Below, in pieces: positions 40,545-51,595 of a stretch of 59,181 bases of DNA (the stretch's first letter is position 1; the number at the start of each line of letters is the position of its first letter). Under the pieces are notes generated by a model. It was given only the letters and a program-made list of their open reading frames with translations, did no database searches and was not told the origin of the DNA. Source of the DNA: Candidatus Moraniibacteriota bacterium (lineage in GTDB: Bacteria > Patescibacteriota > Minisyncoccia > Moranbacterales > GCA-2747515); NCBI GenBank assembly GCA_018401135.1, contig JAGYLL010000001.1, positions 1-59,181 of the forward strand, read 5' to 3'. A program made the position numbers and the translations under genes.

Positions 40545-40934
40545 ATGGGTATTGATTGGGGAAAAAGTGATATTGGCATAGCACTTGCTGATGGAAAAAT
40601 GCGTATAGCTTTTGCGTATACTACTTTGGAAAATACTTATCACACAATTGATCTTTTAGGGAAACTTATTCGAGAGAAAGAAGTAAAAACGGTTGTCATT
40701 GGCATTCCTTCTCCTATTAATCGGGGGGAAGTTGTGTATGATGGAGAAAAGCTTGGAGAAATTTTAGAACATAATTATGGTGTAGTTGTGCACTATCAAA
40801 ATGAAATGTTTTCTACCAAGCTTGCACAAACACACCTTATACAAAAAGGAATACACGGAATAGAGCGTTACGATGATCAAGAGGCTGCGAGAATTATTCT
40901 GCAAGACTGGCTTGAGAGAAAAACTTTAGACTAG
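40545..40934 (+). CDS. ruvX: YqgF/RuvX putative Holliday junction resolvase / pre-16S processing nuclease
   Basis: MGIDWGKSDIGIALAD...VVIGIP...DDQEAARIILQDWLE; ORF opens at 40470. Confidence 0.85.
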   Translation: MGIDWGKSDIGIALADGKMRIAFAYTTLENTYHTIDLLGKLIREKEVKTVVIGIPSPINRGEVVYDGEKLGEILEHNYGVVVHYQNEMFSTKLAQTHLIQKGIHGIERYDDQEAARIILQDWLERKTLD

Positions 40935-41104
40935 GAGTTTTTTAGAAATACCAAAAAAATGTAAAAAGCATTTTTCTCAGGTCTGCAGATTTTTATAGAA
41001 AATATTTGTGAAGATTTATCTTTGATATTTTTCGTTTGCTATAAACTATGTTTGCGGTATGATAGATGAGGCTTCTTGTGTCTTATTGTATAATCTCAAA
41101 GTAT

Positions 41105-41704
41105 ATGGAATCAAATATCCGAAAGATACTGGAAAAAATGGAGCAACTTAATAATGCCCTCAAAAAAGAATATTTTCGACTTTCTCGTAGATATGGATTT
41201 TCAGTGAAAGAAAAACATATTATTTTTCTCAAAAAATTTCGAGAAAAAAATAAGCTATTTCGTATTCCTGCTTGGAAATATATTGTTCCCAAAAATATTC
41301 GTCATCTCCTTTCCCTTCCCTTTATTTACGCTATGATCTTCCCTGCACTTTTTTTGGATATTTCTGTTTCAGTATATCAATGGGTAGCTTTTTCTCTCTA
41401 CGGGATCCCTAAAGTAAAAAGAGGTGATTATATACAATATGATAGAAGATTCCTCGATTATCTCAATTGGATTGAAAAAATACATTGTTTATACTGTAGC
41501 TATGTAAACGGTCTTTTTGCCTATGCACTAGAAATATCAGCCAGAACAGAACGATATTGGTGTCCGATAAAATCAGCAACAAAACCAAAATTTTATCATT
41601 CATGGTACAAAGATTTTGCTGATTATGGAAATCCTCACGAGTGGAAAGAAAAGGTGCAAAAAAAAGAAGCTTTTATTTCTAAGGATCAAGATCTTTCGGT
41701 ATGA
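41105..41704 (+). CDS. hypothetical membrane protein with Cys-containing C-terminal region
   Basis: ORF 41066-41704; TM LLSLPFIYAMIFPALFLDISVSVYQWVAF; CLYCSY...WCP motif; no family recognised. Confidence 0.5.
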   Translation: MESNIRKILEKMEQLNNALKKEYFRLSRRYGFSVKEKHIIFLKKFREKNKLFRIPAWKYIVPKNIRHLLSLPFIYAMIFPALFLDISVSVYQWVAFSLYGIPKVKRGDYIQYDRRFLDYLNWIEKIHCLYCSYVNGLFAYALEISARTERYWCPIKSATKPKFYHSWYKDFADYGNPHEWKEKVQKKEAFISKDQDLSV

Positions 41705-43071
41705 ATCAACAGACAGCTCTTGAAATTCTCAAGAGTGGAAAAAATGTTTTTCTTACTGGATCAGCAGGTTCGGGAAAAACACATACGCTCAATACCTATA
41801 TTCATTTTTTGCGTTCACAAGGAGCTGATGTCGCTGTGACGGCCTCTACAGGCATTGCTTCTACACATTTAGGTGGGAGGACTATTCATTCGTGGTCAGG
41901 TATTGGTATAAGAGATCATATAACACCAGCACAAGCTCGAGAAATTATTTCTCATAAACGACTCAGAAAAAGATTAAGAAAAATCAACACATTGATCATA
42001 GATGAAATCTCTATGATTGATGCTCGGGTGCTTAATATGGTAGAGTGTATGCTCAAGGAGGGGAGGAAAAAACCACTCGAGCCTTTTGGTGGGGTACAGA
42101 TTGTGGTATGCGGAGATTTTTTCCAACTTCCTCCTGTTGTTTCTTCGCAAAAAAAGATGAACGTTTCTCTTTTTGGTCAAGAGAGTGAATCAGTTTTTGC
42201 CTATACAGCAAGATCATGGCAAGAAGCTTGTTTTTCTGTTTGTTATTTAGATGAGCAGTACCGTCATACCAAAGGAGATTTCTTCGATATTCTCAATGCT
42301 ATCAGATCAGGAAAAGGTGAAGAAAAAGCACAATCTCGATTGGAAGATCTTGTGGGGAGAGTATTGGAACGTTCAGATGACATCACTCATCTGTATACAC
42401 ATAATTTTGATGTTGATCGCATCAATGAAGCCAGACTTCGTATGATTTCAGCACCATCGAAACGATACAGGATGAAATCTTTGGGAAGAGTTCCCTTGGT
42501 GGCAAGTTTAAAACAATCATGTTTGGCGCAGGAGGAATGTATTGTAAAAGAAGGCGCTTCGGTTATGTTTGTAAAAAATGATGTTGAAGGAAAGTATGTC
42601 AATGGCACTTTGGGTATAGTAACGGGATTTGATGACGAGCACTTTCCTATTGTGACTACACGATCAGGAGTAGATATTATTGCTCGTCCTCAGGCATGGC
42701 AATTAGAAGAAGAAGAGGTTGTTCTGGCTGAAATACGACAAATTCCTCTTCGTCTTGCTTGGGCAATAACTATTCACAAAAGTCAGGGAATGACCTTGGA
42801 CGCTGCAAAAATGGATCTTTCAAAAGCATTTGTTCCTGGTATGGGCTATGTGGCTCTTTCGCGGGTTCGTTCTTTGGAGGGACTAGAACTTCTCGGAATA
42901 AATAAAGAAGCTCTGTGTGTACACCCTGATGTTTTGGAACAAGACAAGGAATTTTTCAAAGATTCTCAAGAAGAGGAATTGTCGTGGAAAGAACTTCCTT
43001 CAGAAATAAAAAAACAAAAACAACGATTTTTCAAACGTACATTTTCAGGAAAAAAGAAAGACATTTTTTAG
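41701..43071 (+). CDS. Pif1/RecD-family ATP-dependent DNA helicase
   Basis: GSAGSGKTH, LIIDEISMIDA, VCGDFFQLPPV, ITIHKSQGMTLD. Confidence 0.88.
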   Translation: MNQQTALEILKSGKNVFLTGSAGSGKTHTLNTYIHFLRSQGADVAVTASTGIASTHLGGRTIHSWSGIGIRDHITPAQAREIISHKRLRKRLRKINTLIIDEISMIDARVLNMVECMLKEGRKKPLEPFGGVQIVVCGDFFQLPPVVSSQKKMNVSLFGQESESVFAYTARSWQEACFSVCYLDEQYRHTKGDFFDILNAIRSGKGEEKAQSRLEDLVGRVLERSDDITHLYTHNFDVDRINEARLRMISAPSKRYRMKSLGRVPLVASLKQSCLAQEECIVKEGASVMFVKNDVEGKYVNGTLGIVTGFDDEHFPIVTTRSGVDIIARPQAWQLEEEEVVLAEIRQIPLRLAWAITIHKSQGMTLDAAKMDLSKAFVPGMGYVALSRVRSLEGLELLGINKEALCVHPDVLEQDKEFFKDSQEEELSWKELPSEIKKQKQRFFKRTFSGKKKDIF

Positions 43072-43120
43072 TAAGAAAGAAGCTTTTTATGAGAGGTTGT
43101 CTATATAGATGTATAAGGAT

Positions 43121-43149
43121 TTGACATTATCTGTTGTTGTCTTTATACT
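43121..43149 (+). promoter_or_regulatory. sigma70-like promoter of the atp operon
   Basis: TTGACA (43121-43126), 17 nt, TATACT (43144-43149). Confidence 0.55.
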
Positions 43150-43230
43150 TTTAACGTAAGAAGTAGTACTTCCTTTTTTATGTTTTTGCAAAAAACAAAT
43201 ACTATAAGGAGACCTTGGAGAATAGGAATA

Positions 43231-43461
43231 ATGCAAATGGTGTACATTTTTTTACCCATCGGTTTCTTTGGTGGTATTGGGTGGTTTATAGATACTCTTG
43301 GAGGTTCAAAACCTCTTTTTTTACTCATCGGGATTGGTTTAGCTTTTTTTATTACGAATATACTTTTTTATTTTCAATTTCGAGCGCTTTCTTCTGAAAT
43401 GGAAAAAATATCTTCAGAAAGTGTTAAGAAAAAAGAAAATATTTCTGATAAAAATGATTAA
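43231..43461 (+). CDS. AtpZ/AtpI-like small membrane protein
   Basis: two-TM ORF (MQMVYIFLPIGFFGGIGWFID...LFLLIGIGLAFFITNILFYF) directly upstream of atpB. Confidence 0.55.
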   Translation: MQMVYIFLPIGFFGGIGWFIDTLGGSKPLFLLIGIGLAFFITNILFYFQFRALSSEMEKISSESVKKKENISDKND

Positions 43462-44302
43462 AAATATGTTGAAGCGAAAATCAAGTCGATTAACCTTTAT
43501 TTTCATCCTTCTTCTTTTAGTAGCATCTTTTTTTCTAGAAAAGTCAGGAACATCTTCTTCTCAAGAGGGGCTACACGTTTCTCTTGCTCCGGAGATAATT
43601 TTTTCATTAGGAACATTTCCTATTACAAATACAGAACTGTGGCAATTTAGTCTTTCTCTCGTTTTGATTTTTGGAGCATTATATATTGCCAAAAACAAAA
43701 AAATGATTCCCGGAGGATTCCAGAATTTTGTAGAACTTCTTATCGAAAATGGATACGAAGTCGTTCTTTCTATGATGGCAAGAGATGAAAAGCGTGCCAA
43801 AAGAACGTTTCCTCTCGTTTTCACTATGTTCCTTTTCATTCTTCTGGCAAATCTTTTTACTTTTTTGCCTGGAGCGGGGGCGATTACAAGTGGGGATATT
43901 CCTCTATTTAGGGCGGTAACGAGTGATTACGGTTTGGTATTTGTACTTACCATTATAGCTCTTGTTGTCGTGCAGGTTGTGGCTATTGTTACTAATGGTC
44001 CCTTTGGATATCTCAAACAGTTTATTGATGTCTCTAGTCCTTTGAATTTTATTTTGGGTATTATGAATCTCATAGGAGAGATCGCCAAAATCCTTTCCCT
44101 CTCTTTTCGTCTTTTCGGTAATATGTTTGCAGCTGAAGTATTGGGAGCGGTAATGCTTTTTTTGATGCCCTTTTTTATACCTCTTCCTTTTATGTTTCTT
44201 GGTCTTATAACGGCTGTTATACAAGCGGTTGTTTTCGCTCTTCTTACGACTATATTTATCGCTATGGCATCTGAATTACCTGAAGAAAAAAGAGCTACCT
44301 AA
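43454..44302 (+). CDS. atpB: F0 ATP synthase subunit a
   Basis: polytopic; conserved LSLSFRLFGNMFAAEV region; alternative GTG start at 43421. Confidence 0.92.
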   Translation: MIKNMLKRKSSRLTFIFILLLLVASFFLEKSGTSSSQEGLHVSLAPEIIFSLGTFPITNTELWQFSLSLVLIFGALYIAKNKKMIPGGFQNFVELLIENGYEVVLSMMARDEKRAKRTFPLVFTMFLFILLANLFTFLPGAGAITSGDIPLFRAVTSDYGLVFVLTIIALVVVQVVAIVTNGPFGYLKQFIDVSSPLNFILGIMNLIGEIAKILSLSFRLFGNMFAAEVLGAVMLFLMPFFIPLPFMFLGLITAVIQAVVFALLTTIFIAMASELPEEKRAT

Positions 44303-44394
44303 CGTTATATCCGCAAAGAGTCTTTTGGGACTTTTGACGGAGATTGCGTTTTGTCGAAAGCGTGTATCCAGTAATTTGTAAATAATATAAACGT

Positions 44395-44622
44395 ATGGAA
44401 GTTGAAGCAGCCAAAGCATTGGCAGCAGGTCTTGCTATCGGTATTGGTGCCGTAGGATCTGCAGTTGGAGAAGGTATTATCGCTGGAAAGGCGATGGAAG
44501 CTATTGGTCGAAATCCTGAAGTAAGAGACAAAATAACGACATTGATGTTTGTAACTATGGCTATAGCGGAGTCGACTGCTATTTATGCTTTGGTTATATC
44601 ACTTATATTATTGTTTGGATAA
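44395..44622 (+). CDS. atpE: F0 ATP synthase subunit c
   Basis: 75-aa hairpin; GLAIGIGAVGSAVGEG...AIAESTAIYALVISL. Confidence 0.94.
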   Translation: MEVEAAKALAAGLAIGIGAVGSAVGEGIIAGKAMEAIGRNPEVRDKITTLMFVTMAIAESTAIYALVISLILLFG

Positions 44623-44634
44623 AGCGTTTCGACT

Positions 44635-45147
44635 ATGGAACTTTTCTATGCACTTGGTTTAGACGTTCGAATACTTTTGGCACAGTTTATTAACTTTGCT
44701 ATTTTGGTTTTTGTATTGTATCGATTTGCGTATAAACCAATTTTTAATGTTTTAGAAGAAAGAAAGAGAAAGATTCAAGAGGGGGTAGAAAAATCCGAAC
44801 GTGCAGAAAAAACTCTTGAAGAGGCGCATCAAAAATCAGCAGAAATTATCAAGCAGGCAAAAAAAGAAGCAAAAGAAATCGTTGAAAAAGCTTCTCGAAC
44901 AGCACAGTCTCAGAGAGAAGATCTCCTCTCGGTTACGAAGGGAGATATCGACGAAATGATGAAAAAGGCACAAAAAGAGATTTCTGATGAAAAAAAACAT
45001 CTTTTGGAAGATATTCGAAAAGATATCGTACGTTTGATCCTTCTCTCTGTCGAGAAAATTTTACAAAAAGATATGAGTGAGAGTGATCGAAGAGTATTTA
45101 CTGAGAAAGCACTCGAAGATTTTAATGAGTATTCCAAAAGAATATGA
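44635..45147 (+). CDS. atpF: F0 ATP synthase subunit b
   Basis: N-terminal TM + long charged helix; operon position. Confidence 0.88.
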   Translation: MELFYALGLDVRILLAQFINFAILVFVLYRFAYKPIFNVLEERKRKIQEGVEKSERAEKTLEEAHQKSAEIIKQAKKEAKEIVEKASRTAQSQREDLLSVTKGDIDEMMKKAQKEISDEKKHLLEDIRKDIVRLILLSVEKILQKDMSESDRRVFTEKALEDFNEYSKRI

Positions 45148-45551
45148 AAATAACTCCCTTACAATATGCGCGCGTTCTTTTCGAAGTAACAAACGGTAAA
45201 GAAATGAAAATGCAGAAAGAGAACATTATTTCTTTTGTTAAAATCTTGAGAAGATATCATCATATAAAGTATATACATAAAATTCTCTATTTTTATGAGG
45301 ATATTTGTAAGAGAGAGTTGGGATATCTGCAAGTAGATCTTTACTCCCATTCTTTTTTGGAAGGAAAGCAAAGAGATCAATTGCAATCAATAATCAAAGC
45401 TCAATACACAAAAGGTGGGAATGTTTCTTTGAAAGAACAAAAAGATGAAAAGATTCTCGGTGGTTTTATAGCAGAAATTGCCAATACTCGTTATGAGAGA
45501 AGTATCGCAGGAGCATTCGGACAATTTCGAGATTATATAGAGAAAAAATAA
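45144..45551 (+). CDS. atpH: F1 ATP synthase subunit delta (short, 135 aa)
   Basis: YARVLFEV... N-terminus and ILGGFIAEIANTRYERSI C-terminus, typical of the OSCP/delta family. Confidence 0.8.
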   Translation: MKITPLQYARVLFEVTNGKEMKMQKENIISFVKILRRYHHIKYIHKILYFYEDICKRELGYLQVDLYSHSFLEGKQRDQLQSIIKAQYTKGGNVSLKEQKDEKILGGFIAEIANTRYERSIAGAFGQFRDYIEKK

Positions 45552-45588
45552 GGAAAGAATTTTTGAATAATGAATAAAAATCATATGT

Positions 45589-47103
45589 ATGAAGAATAAT
45601 GATGAACGACAATTTATCATTCAAGAACTTAAACGTGAAATCGAGGGATTTTCTTCTCAGGTTACCCAAGAATCCGTAGGAAAAGTCCTTGAGTCAGGAG
45701 ATGGAATTGTAAGAGCTTCAGGTTTAGGAGGAGTTTCTTCTCTGGAGTCGGTTCTTTTCGAAAACGGAACCCCTGGTGTGGTATTGAATTTGGAAGAGGG
45801 TCAGGTAGGTATTATGGCACTTGGAGATATTTCTGATGTAAAAGAAGGAGATTCCGTAAAAGCAACAGGAAAAATTCTTTCTCTTATGGCAGGGGAAGCT
45901 CTTTTGGGAAGAGTGGTAGATTCTCTTGGAAATGAGAAAGATGGCAAGGGGGATATTATAGGAGGATTGCGTATGCCTTTGGAAAAAGTTGCTCCAGGTG
46001 TTATTACTCGTGAAGCAGTAAATGTACCTGTTCAAACAGGTATTAAAGCCATTGATACGATGATTCCTATTGGGCGTGGCCAACGGGAACTTATTATTGG
46101 AGATCGACAAACAGGAAAAACAGCGATTGCTCTGGATACCATTATGAATCAGAAGGGCTTAGATATGATTTGTGTCTATGTGGCTATAGGTCAAAAAGAA
46201 TCCAAAACAGCAACTATAGTTTCGGAACTTGAAAAATATGGAGCGATGGAATATACCGTTGTCGTTTCAGCAGGTGCTTCTGAACCAGCAAGTTTTTCTT
46301 ATCTCGCTCCTTATGCAGGATGTGCTATCGCTGAATATTTTATGGCGCAAGGGAAAGATGTCCTTATTGTGTACGATGATCTTTCTCGTCATGCATGGGC
46401 ATATCGTCAAATATCCCTTCTTCTTCGTCGTCCACCAGGAAGAGAGGCATACCCTGGAGACGTTTTCTATTTGCATTCTCGGCTTTTGGAGCGAAGTGCT
46501 CGTTTGAATAAAAATTTTGGTGGAGGTTCTATTACAGCTCTTCCTATTATTGAAACACAAGCAGGGGATGTGAGTGCCTATATTCCCACCAATGTTATCT
46601 CTATTACTGACGGACAGATTTATCTAGAGAGTAATTTATTTTATAAAGGTGTTCGTCCAGCTGTTAATGTGGGACTTTCTGTTTCTCGTGTAGGTTCTTC
46701 TGCGCAGATTAAAGCTATGAAGCAGGTTGCTGGACAGATTCGACTTGACCTTGCTCAGTATCGAGAATTGGAAGCCTTTGCTCAATTTGGATCTGATCTT
46801 GATGAAAAAACAAGAAAGCAACTTGATAGAGGAAAGAGAACGGTGGAAATCTTGAAGCAAAAAGCATTCTCTCCTTTACCGGTAGAACATCAAGTAGTTG
46901 TACTTTTTGCACTTGTTAATGGGTATCTGGATGATGTTTCGGAGAAAAAAATAGGTGTGTGGGAAGAGGAATTTCTTGGATATATGAAAGGACAAGGAAA
47001 GAATGTTCTCGATGCTATTGTTTCAGAAAAAATTATTTCCGACACGACCAAAGAACTTCTCGAAAAGCATATAAAGGATTTTAAGGAAATTTACCAAGAC
47101 TAA
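45589..47103 (+). CDS. atpA: F1 ATP synthase subunit alpha
   Basis: GDRQTGKT Walker A; 504 aa. Confidence 0.97.
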   Translation: MKNNDERQFIIQELKREIEGFSSQVTQESVGKVLESGDGIVRASGLGGVSSLESVLFENGTPGVVLNLEEGQVGIMALGDISDVKEGDSVKATGKILSLMAGEALLGRVVDSLGNEKDGKGDIIGGLRMPLEKVAPGVITREAVNVPVQTGIKAIDTMIPIGRGQRELIIGDRQTGKTAIALDTIMNQKGLDMICVYVAIGQKESKTATIVSELEKYGAMEYTVVVSAGASEPASFSYLAPYAGCAIAEYFMAQGKDVLIVYDDLSRHAWAYRQISLLLRRPPGREAYPGDVFYLHSRLLERSARLNKNFGGGSITALPIIETQAGDVSAYIPTNVISITDGQIYLESNLFYKGVRPAVNVGLSVSRVGSSAQIKAMKQVAGQIRLDLAQYRELEAFAQFGSDLDEKTRKQLDRGKRTVEILKQKAFSPLPVEHQVVVLFALVNGYLDDVSEKKIGVWEEEFLGYMKGQGKNVLDAIVSEKIISDTTKELLEKHIKDFKEIYQD

Positions 47104-47108
47104 AATAT

Positions 47109-48062
47109 ATGAGTGGCGCAAGAGAAATTAAATCACGAGTAAATTCTATACAAAGCACGCGAAAGGTTACAAAAGCCATGCAAATGGTTTCAACGGCTAA
47201 AATGCGACGAGCAGTAAATGAAGTTATTCATATCCGTCCATATGCTCACGGAGCATGGAGTGTTTTGGCAAATCTTTCTCGAGCCGTAAAATCATCAAGG
47301 AATCCTCTTTTGCAAAAGCGAGAAGTAAAGAAAGTACTCATTATCCTTATTACTTCCAACAGAGGTTTATGTGGAGGATTTAATACAAAAATCTCCAAGA
47401 TGTTTTCTTCATATCTAGAAGATATACTTTCTTTGAAACGAGTAGGAAAGGTAAAGAATGAAGAAAAAAAGACGAAAGAGAAGATTGTGGTAGATGTTCT
47501 TTCCGTAGGAAAAAAGGGTGAAAAAATGGCTCTTTCTCATGGACTCCATCTCGTTGCTTCTTTCCCTGATCTTATGCATACACCTTCTTTTGAAGAAAGT
47601 CGTTTGGTTGCAAATATGGCAATAGAGGGATTTGAAAAGAAAGAATGTGATAAGGTTTGTGTTATCTATACGGATTATGTAAGTTCATTGGTTCAACAAA
47701 CAAAAATTCGTCAAATTCTTCCTCTTGATGTTGAAGAATTCGAAAAGCAACTTGCTGAGATGGATATACTTGCCAAAGAGTATGCTATGCCTGAAAAGCC
47801 TTTTGAATACACCATAGAACCTTCTCCTGAGAAAGTTCTTGAGGTGCTCATTCCTTCTCTGATTCGTACGATGGTATATCATATGACTTTGGAATCAAAT
47901 GCTTCCAAAGAGGCTTCTCGAATGATAGCTATGAAAAATGCAACGGATGCTGCTGGGGAAATTGCTGATGAACTAACACTTGTCTATAATAGAGTACGTC
48001 AATCAAAAATTACACAAGAAATTGCAGAGATTAGTGCTGGTCGAGCCGCACTCGAGGAATAA
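47109..48062 (+). CDS. atpG: F1 ATP synthase subunit gamma
   Basis: IKSRVNSIQSTRKVTKAMQMVSTAKMRRA...ITQEIAEISAG. Confidence 0.94.
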   Translation: MSGAREIKSRVNSIQSTRKVTKAMQMVSTAKMRRAVNEVIHIRPYAHGAWSVLANLSRAVKSSRNPLLQKREVKKVLIILITSNRGLCGGFNTKISKMFSSYLEDILSLKRVGKVKNEEKKTKEKIVVDVLSVGKKGEKMALSHGLHLVASFPDLMHTPSFEESRLVANMAIEGFEKKECDKVCVIYTDYVSSLVQQTKIRQILPLDVEEFEKQLAEMDILAKEYAMPEKPFEYTIEPSPEKVLEVLIPSLIRTMVYHMTLESNASKEASRMIAMKNATDAAGEIADELTLVYNRVRQSKITQEIAEISAGRAALEE

Positions 48063-48075
48063 ATGTAAAGAATAA

Positions 48076-49482
<1,407 letters not shown>

Positions 49483-49491
49483 AGAAAAAGT

Positions 49492-49902
49492 ATGAAGACA
49501 CTCACTTTTTATCTTGCAACACCTGAAAGGAAGGTCTATGAAAAAAAGGCTACACAGATAACCCTCCCTGTTTTGGAGGGAGAAATAACGGTTCTTCCTG
49601 ATCATATTCCCTATATAGGAGCTTTAAAGGCTGGGGAAATAATGGTACAATTTGAAGACGGATCTCAAGATTTTATAGCTATCTCAGGTGGCTTTATCGA
49701 ATTTAGTAAAAATCGTTTAGCAGTATTGGTAGACACCGCAGAAAGAGCGGAAGAAATAGATGAAGAGCGGGTCAAAAAAGCTATTGATCGTGCTAAAGAG
49801 GCCAAGGAAAAGAAACAACTTAATGAAACGGAATATGCTCTTTTGGCTTCTAAACTCGAAAAAGAATTTGCTCGTCTTCGGGTAGTGCGAAGAAAAAAAT
49901 AA
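49492..49902 (+). CDS. atpC: F1 ATP synthase subunit epsilon
   Basis: 136 aa; beta-sandwich + helical hairpin pattern; operon position. Confidence 0.9.
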   Translation: MKTLTFYLATPERKVYEKKATQITLPVLEGEITVLPDHIPYIGALKAGEIMVQFEDGSQDFIAISGGFIEFSKNRLAVLVDTAERAEEIDEERVKKAIDRAKEAKEKKQLNETEYALLASKLEKEFARLRVVRRKK

Positions 49903-49935
49903 TTTTTGTGAAGTAAAAAAATAAAAAGATTGTGT

Positions 49936-50430
49936 ATGGAGGGCATTATCGAAAATTTGAAAATCTCTTCAGAGATATTTTTGGGAGACCTTTCTCTTTT
50001 TGGCGCGATCCTCCTTCTCTTTCTTTTTCTTATTTTTGTCGTAGGGAGATATAGGATAGTACATTTTGTTCTCAATACCTATATCGCACTGGGATTCGTT
50101 CTTATTCTTCCAAAGGAAATACTCCTATCTTCATCTTTTGTTTCTCTTATTGTTTTTTTTGCTGTACTAAGTATACTCACACTTCTTGGAGAAAAAATAT
50201 TTGATATTCATACGAGAGTTTCCACGTATAATTGGTTTTCGATAAGTGTTCTCGGTGTATCTATTTCTGCTCTTATTTGTGGAATATTTTTTCGATGGCT
50301 TCCTCGAGATGTGTTTTTGTGGGAAATGTTTTCTTCGAGAAGTATAGGGTATTTTAGTGGAGAGTGGTCTTTGGTTTTTTGGTTTGTCGTGCCTCTTGTA
50401 TTTCTCTTTGTTCTTGGTCTAAGGAGGTGA
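49936..50430 (+). CDS. hypothetical polytopic membrane protein
   Basis: ~164-aa ORF with 4-5 hydrophobic segments; no family recognised. Confidence 0.45.
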   Translation: MEGIIENLKISSEIFLGDLSLFGAILLLFLFLIFVVGRYRIVHFVLNTYIALGFVLILPKEILLSSSFVSLIVFFAVLSILTLLGEKIFDIHTRVSTYNWFSISVLGVSISALICGIFFRWLPRDVFLWEMFSSRSIGYFSGEWSLVFWFVVPLVFLFVLGLRR

Positions 50431-50432
50431 TA

Positions 50433-50460
50433 TTGACTTTTTAGTACTTCCTGATACACT
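50433..50460 (+). promoter_or_regulatory. sigma70-like promoter of tRNA-Lys
   Basis: TTGACT (50433-50438), 16 nt, TACACT (50455-50460). Confidence 0.5.
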
Positions 50461-50502
50461 TTGAAACGAGTTAAGAGAAAAAATATAAAATTGTGGTTAT
50501 TC

Positions 50503-50575
50503 GGGCGCATAGCTCAGTCGGTAGAGCAGTTGCCTTTTAAGCAAACGGTCGGGGGTTCGAATCCCTCTGCGCCCA
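50503..50575 (+). tRNA. tRNA-Lys (anticodon UUU)
   Basis: hand-folded cloverleaf: acceptor gggcgca/tgcgccc, anticodon loop cuUUUaa, T-arm ggggg-ttcgaat-ccctc; CCA not encoded. Confidence 0.9.
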
Positions 50576-50621
50576 CACTATTTCCTGAAACTTCCTTGGG
50601 ATTCGAAGGGTAGTATAAAAA
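50559..50621 (+). repeat. direct repeat copy 1 (last 17 nt of tRNA-Lys + 46 nt downstream)
   Basis: 63/63 identical to 50710-50772. Confidence 0.9.
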
Positions 50622-50642
50622 AGCAAACTGCTTTGCTTTTTT
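50617..50642 (+). terminator. Rho-independent terminator after tRNA-Lys
   Basis: aagcaaa / tttgctt 7-bp stem, loop ctgc, then T-run. Confidence 0.6.
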
Positions 50643-50709
50643 AGACACCCAGGCTTTGGAGGAGGAAACGAGGCTTGTGCCGTAGGCACGACGAGTGACG
50701 GGGGAAAAG

Positions 50710-50772
50710 GAATCCCTCTGCGCCCACACTATTTCCTGAAACTTCCTTGGGATTCGAAGGGTAGTATAAAAA
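50710..50772 (+). repeat. direct repeat copy 2 (tRNA-Lys 3' fragment + downstream)
   Basis: identical to 50559-50621; similarity to the tRNA T-stem (cggggg) extends a few nt further upstream. Confidence 0.9.
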
Positions 50773-50775
50773 TAC

Positions 50776-50809
50776 AAAAAAAGGGATTTCATTATGAAAT
50801 CCCTTTTTT
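50776..50809. terminator. bidirectional terminator
   Basis: aagggatttca / tgaaatccctt 11-bp stem flanked by an A-run and a T-run; serves the tRNA region and the minus-strand gene ending at 50820. Confidence 0.7.
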
Positions 50810-50819
50810 AAAAATACAA

Positions 50820-51212
50820 CTAGTTCATTTGATGTCCTTTCCCTTGACCATTTCCATAACCTTGTCCATCTCGAGATCCTTGTTTTTTTCCTTGTCCTAA
50901 ACCAAGTTCTTCTCGAAGAGCATTAGCTTCATCAACTTTTCCTTCTTCCATAAGAGTGTGCATCTCAGAAAACTTTCCAAAATTATCTTCATTGATAACT
51001 TCGATAACACGACCCTTTCCCACCATAAGACCTTTCCATGTTTCGTAGTCATTGCTTTTGAAAGCTTTCTGCATTTGCTCGTGCCTTTCTGGAGTATAGG
51101 AGGGACCTGTTGTAGTAGGATCTCCTTGATAGGCTAATGTTTGTGCTGAATATGCAGTTATTCCTGCGATACTTAGACCCAAAATTCCTAAGAGAACATT
51201 TCTTTTTTTCAT
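50820..51212 (-). CDS. hypothetical secreted protein with Gly/Gln-rich tail
   Basis: 130 aa; signal peptide MKKRNVLLGILGLSIAGITAYSA; no family recognised. Confidence 0.6.
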   Translation of the reverse strand: MKKRNVLLGILGLSIAGITAYSAQTLAYQGDPTTTGPSYTPERHEQMQKAFKSNDYETWKGLMVGKGRVIEVINEDNFGKFSEMHTLMEEGKVDEANALREELGLGQGKKQGSRDGQGYGNGQGKGHQMN

Positions 51213-51335
51213 ATACCTTTTTTTAAATTATAAAACGTAAATACTGCCGGCACTTTCTAGTACGCATACTTTTTGGAAAAAATTCACTTTGTTAGTAAAT
51301 CCTTGCCTATGACTTTATGAAAAAATTTTCTCTCC

Positions 51336-51364
51336 TTGCGTATTTTTATAAAATATGGTATAAA
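51336..51364 (+). promoter_or_regulatory. sigma70-like promoter of small ORF / rlmN
   Basis: TTGCGT (51336-51341), 17 nt, TATAAA (51359-51364). Confidence 0.45.
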
Positions 51365-51398
51365 GAAAGTGCTCGGAAACCGTAAAAGGAGAAGTAGC

Positions 51399-51524
51399 AT
51401 GTTATGGTTCTGCAATCCTTTCGTTTGTGGCTCCATTATGTGGTATGGAACCGCCGCATGGATGGTGAATTGCACCTTCCAATCAAGTCTTATTCTTAAT
51501 AATAAAAAGGAGAAAACGATTTGA
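51399..51524 (+). CDS. 41-aa hydrophobic Trp/Cys-rich peptide (candidate leader peptide or small membrane peptide)
   Basis: aaaggag SD 8 nt upstream of the ATG; MLWFCNPFVCGSIMWYGTAAWMVNCTFQSSLILNNKKEKTI; followed by a strong terminator. Confidence 0.45.
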   Translation: MLWFCNPFVCGSIMWYGTAAWMVNCTFQSSLILNNKKEKTI

Positions 51525-51543
51525 AGGCATTCTTTTTGTGGTC

Positions 51544-51583
51544 GCGGGTCTTTCTGAATAAGAAAGACCCGCATATTTTTTTT
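51544..51583 (+). terminator. strong Rho-independent terminator 13 nt upstream of the rlmN start
   Basis: gcgggtctttc / gaaagacccgc 11-bp perfect stem, 7-nt loop, T8 tract (51576-51583). Confidence 0.75.
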
Positions 51584-51595
51584 GGAAGGAACTTT

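Noticed and set aside
50514-50792. 92-aa minus-strand ORF
   Set aside because: It lies entirely over tRNA-Lys, the 63-bp repeats and the terminators.
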